The position numbers and the translations under genes are program-made. Under the pieces are notes generated by a model. The model was not told the origin of the DNA. It made no database searches and was given only the letters and a program-made list of their open reading frames with translations. 64,000 nucleotides of DNA from an uncultured Elusimicrobia bacterium (lineage in GTDB: Bacteria; Elusimicrobiota; Elusimicrobia; 2-01-FULL-59-12): the NCBI GenBank assembly GCA_963702895.1, contig OY969767.1, forward strand, positions 736,001-800,000. The letters are read 5' to 3'. Below, in pieces: positions 47,001-50,000 of this stretch (its first letter is position 1; each line of letters starts with the position of its first letter).

Positions 47001-50000
47001 CTGGCAGCCATTTCTCTGAGTAATGAAAACGAGCGTTTCCTGCCGGGCGGGGACGCGCATGAAGTGCGCGTCAATATGGAGCCTGCCGCCTATTACGCGA
47101 TGATGAACCGCGCGGCCGAGAAACTGAAAGCGGTCATAAGTCGAAAAGGTGCCTCCCGCCCAATTTTCCTGGGTCATGGGGATCCCAACCCTGAAGCGGT
47201 GCGCCAATTTTCCAGGTTGAGCGCTTTTGACGGCATTGGGTTTAACCTCTATACCAACCCAGGTGCTGTCCCAGGCCTGCGCGCCCAGGTCCAAAACGCC
47301 ACAGCGGGCCGCCGTGTGCCATTGCATCTCGTGGCGGCAGAATTCGGCCAGCTTGCCCCGACTTTCCGGGGATTGACCAACAGGGAACGGGCGGCGTTCC
47401 GCGCGGAAAGTTTTGAAGCTTGGATCACCGCTCTTGAAAATGACCACTGGGCTTCCCACATGGCTTTTGAGTACACGGATGAACGCGAGAAGGCCTCAGA
47501 CGAGGGGGTTGGAGCGGACAAGTACGGCATTCGCGGCATCGAAGTGATCAATAATGTATTTAAGAAACACGCCGAACCGCCGTTGCCCGCGGCCGCGCCC
47601 GTACCCTCTGCCGCGGCGCCCGTACCCTCCGCCGCCGCGCCGGCGGAGAGGCCGCGTGTGGATCCGGTTTCCGTCCGGAATTCCGGCCGGAATGCTGATG
47701 GAGGGCCATTCTTTGGCCTGTTGGCGCGACTGGCCTCTCCTGCCGGAGCTGTGGTTGGCGCAACGCTCGTCGTTGGCATCATGGCCTGGCTCATTCGAAT
47801 TCGTATTCATCGGCGCACTCAAGGAAACGCGCAAGGGCCCACACTGCGCGATGAGGAACCGCCGCCTGGATCACCACCTCTGCCAGAGGACGTTTCAAGC
47901 GAAGAGCCGACTCCCGCTGGAACTTCCCCTCGCGATCCGAATCCCAGCATGGGTCCAACGGACAATCCGGAGCGCCCGCCAAGAGCTGACGCACAAACGG
48001 TCGAAGGAGACCCCATCGGCAATGATCATGGAACACCCATCATGCGGATTGTGCTCCGGGCTGCTGGACTCTTAAAACAGCTTGATCAGCCTTCCCCGAA
48101 TTTGCCGTTGTTGAGAGATCAATATAGGGAGTTGGAAAGAGACGCACGCGAGGCAGGGGTTGATCGTTCGAATCTCGTTAGCGGAGCCCTGGAGAATCTT
48201 AGAACGAGACTCGGTAGGACCCCCGAATCTTCCCCGCAGCGCGTCGGTGACGAGACCCAAGACCTCGATGAATGGCCAATTAGCAGTCGAAATACCTTCG
48301 CGGCAGCCTTCATCAGCAGTATTGTGGCCTTAACTCCTTTCGCCCTGGCCTATGCCGGTGTCAAAATCGCGGGCTTGCCGGGTGATCCGCTCTACCGGTT
48401 GGCAATTGTTCTTGCGCTTGTGCCCGCCTATGCCGCCCTTCGCGTCTATGGACGAATGGCATGGGCCATCCGCCAAGCCAAACGCCAAGCTATACGCGAA
48501 GTCGAACAAGGCAAGAAAGGCCAATATCCGCTTGACCCCATCCTCGCGGCGGCCGAGAGCTTTGATCCTCGTCAGAACCCGAAGGACTTAAGCGGCGCGA
48601 TGGAAGAATACCGGACCTATATGGCCTTTACGCTCGGCGGCCAGATCCATGCCGACAAGGCGGCGCTCTCCCACATTCCACCGGAGCTCCAGGCCCAGAT
48701 CGTGTCCCACGAGCTTGCTCATGTCCAGCAGGATCGGGCAGGGGTCGTCCGCTTCCGTGAGGTCCGCGCCTTCTGGGCGGAATTGAAGGAATCGCTCCGG
48801 GAAGACTTCGGCTTTGATCTCGACAGACTCCTCACGCGGCGTTTTGGTTTGGGTTCTCTCGTGACTTTGGTCTTGATGGCGCTCGGCGCGCCGCCCGTTT
48901 CAATGGCGGCCATGCCTCCCGCGCATCGTCCACTCGGAACAAATGACATTCATCGTTATTTGTCGTCCTTGGACGTGAGCAACGGAGTCTTTAGTCCCGG
49001 CGACATCTCCACCATTATTCTGTTGGAATCCATGGCCGCGCAGGCAGACCGCTTCAGGGGGGCGCGGGTGTTGGATTTGATGGCGGGGTCCGGCGCGCTC
49101 AGTCTCTATGCGGCGCAGCTCGGCGCCCGAGAAGTTGTCTCGGTCGACATCGACCCACAAGCTCTTGAAGACACGCGCCATAACGCGCGCGCCTTCGGGT
49201 TCGCGGATCGCATTCGAGCGGTCCAGAAAGACGTCATCCATGACCGCTTCGATGATCTCGGGCAATTCGACATCATTCTGTTCTCGCCTCCCCCGTTATA
49301 CATCGAAGGTGTGACAACAAGTTTGGCGGATAGGCTCAAGGAATTGCCCGCGCATGCCGTTGATTCGGACGCCCGCATCCTTGATCGAGTTGTCCAGCAA
49401 GATGGGATTGCCCAGTCGGCGTTGACGCCGGATGGCCACATGATCGCCTTCTTGGCCTACATGACTCCCGTTCTTGAGCGAATCCGCGATGGTGGGTTCG
49501 ATCGGCATCTCCTTAGACCCGTTTCTCTGGATTTTGGAGGCTATGCGGCTTTCGAAATCCGCCGGCAGGGAACCCCAGCGCAACCTTCTCAGAGAGACCC
49601 TTCCAATGGCTCGGTGGACACTTCATTCCCGCAGAGGGTTGATGGTGGGCCGACATCCGACAGTACGCGGAGAACTAATATCAATGCCGCGGTCAAGAAG
49701 CGGTTGGTGGACTACCTGGCGGCGGCGCGGGCGAGGGACAGCTTCGGGGTGCTCAATACTGCCATGGAAATGCCCGTTCTCACCATAGCCGGCAAGGAAC
49801 TCAAGCAGCCGGGGCCGGGCGGCGGCGGGCAGGGCGTGGTCCTCAAGGAACAGCCCCAGGAAGTGGGCAAGCAGGGCGTGGCGACCGCGGTCCTTTCGCA
49901 GCTTCCCAAGGCGTTTGTCGAAGAGCATTACCAGGGCTCGATCGAGAAGTTCCTAGCGGACTACGACCAGGGCCAAAAACTGATGGACATCGAGATCCCG

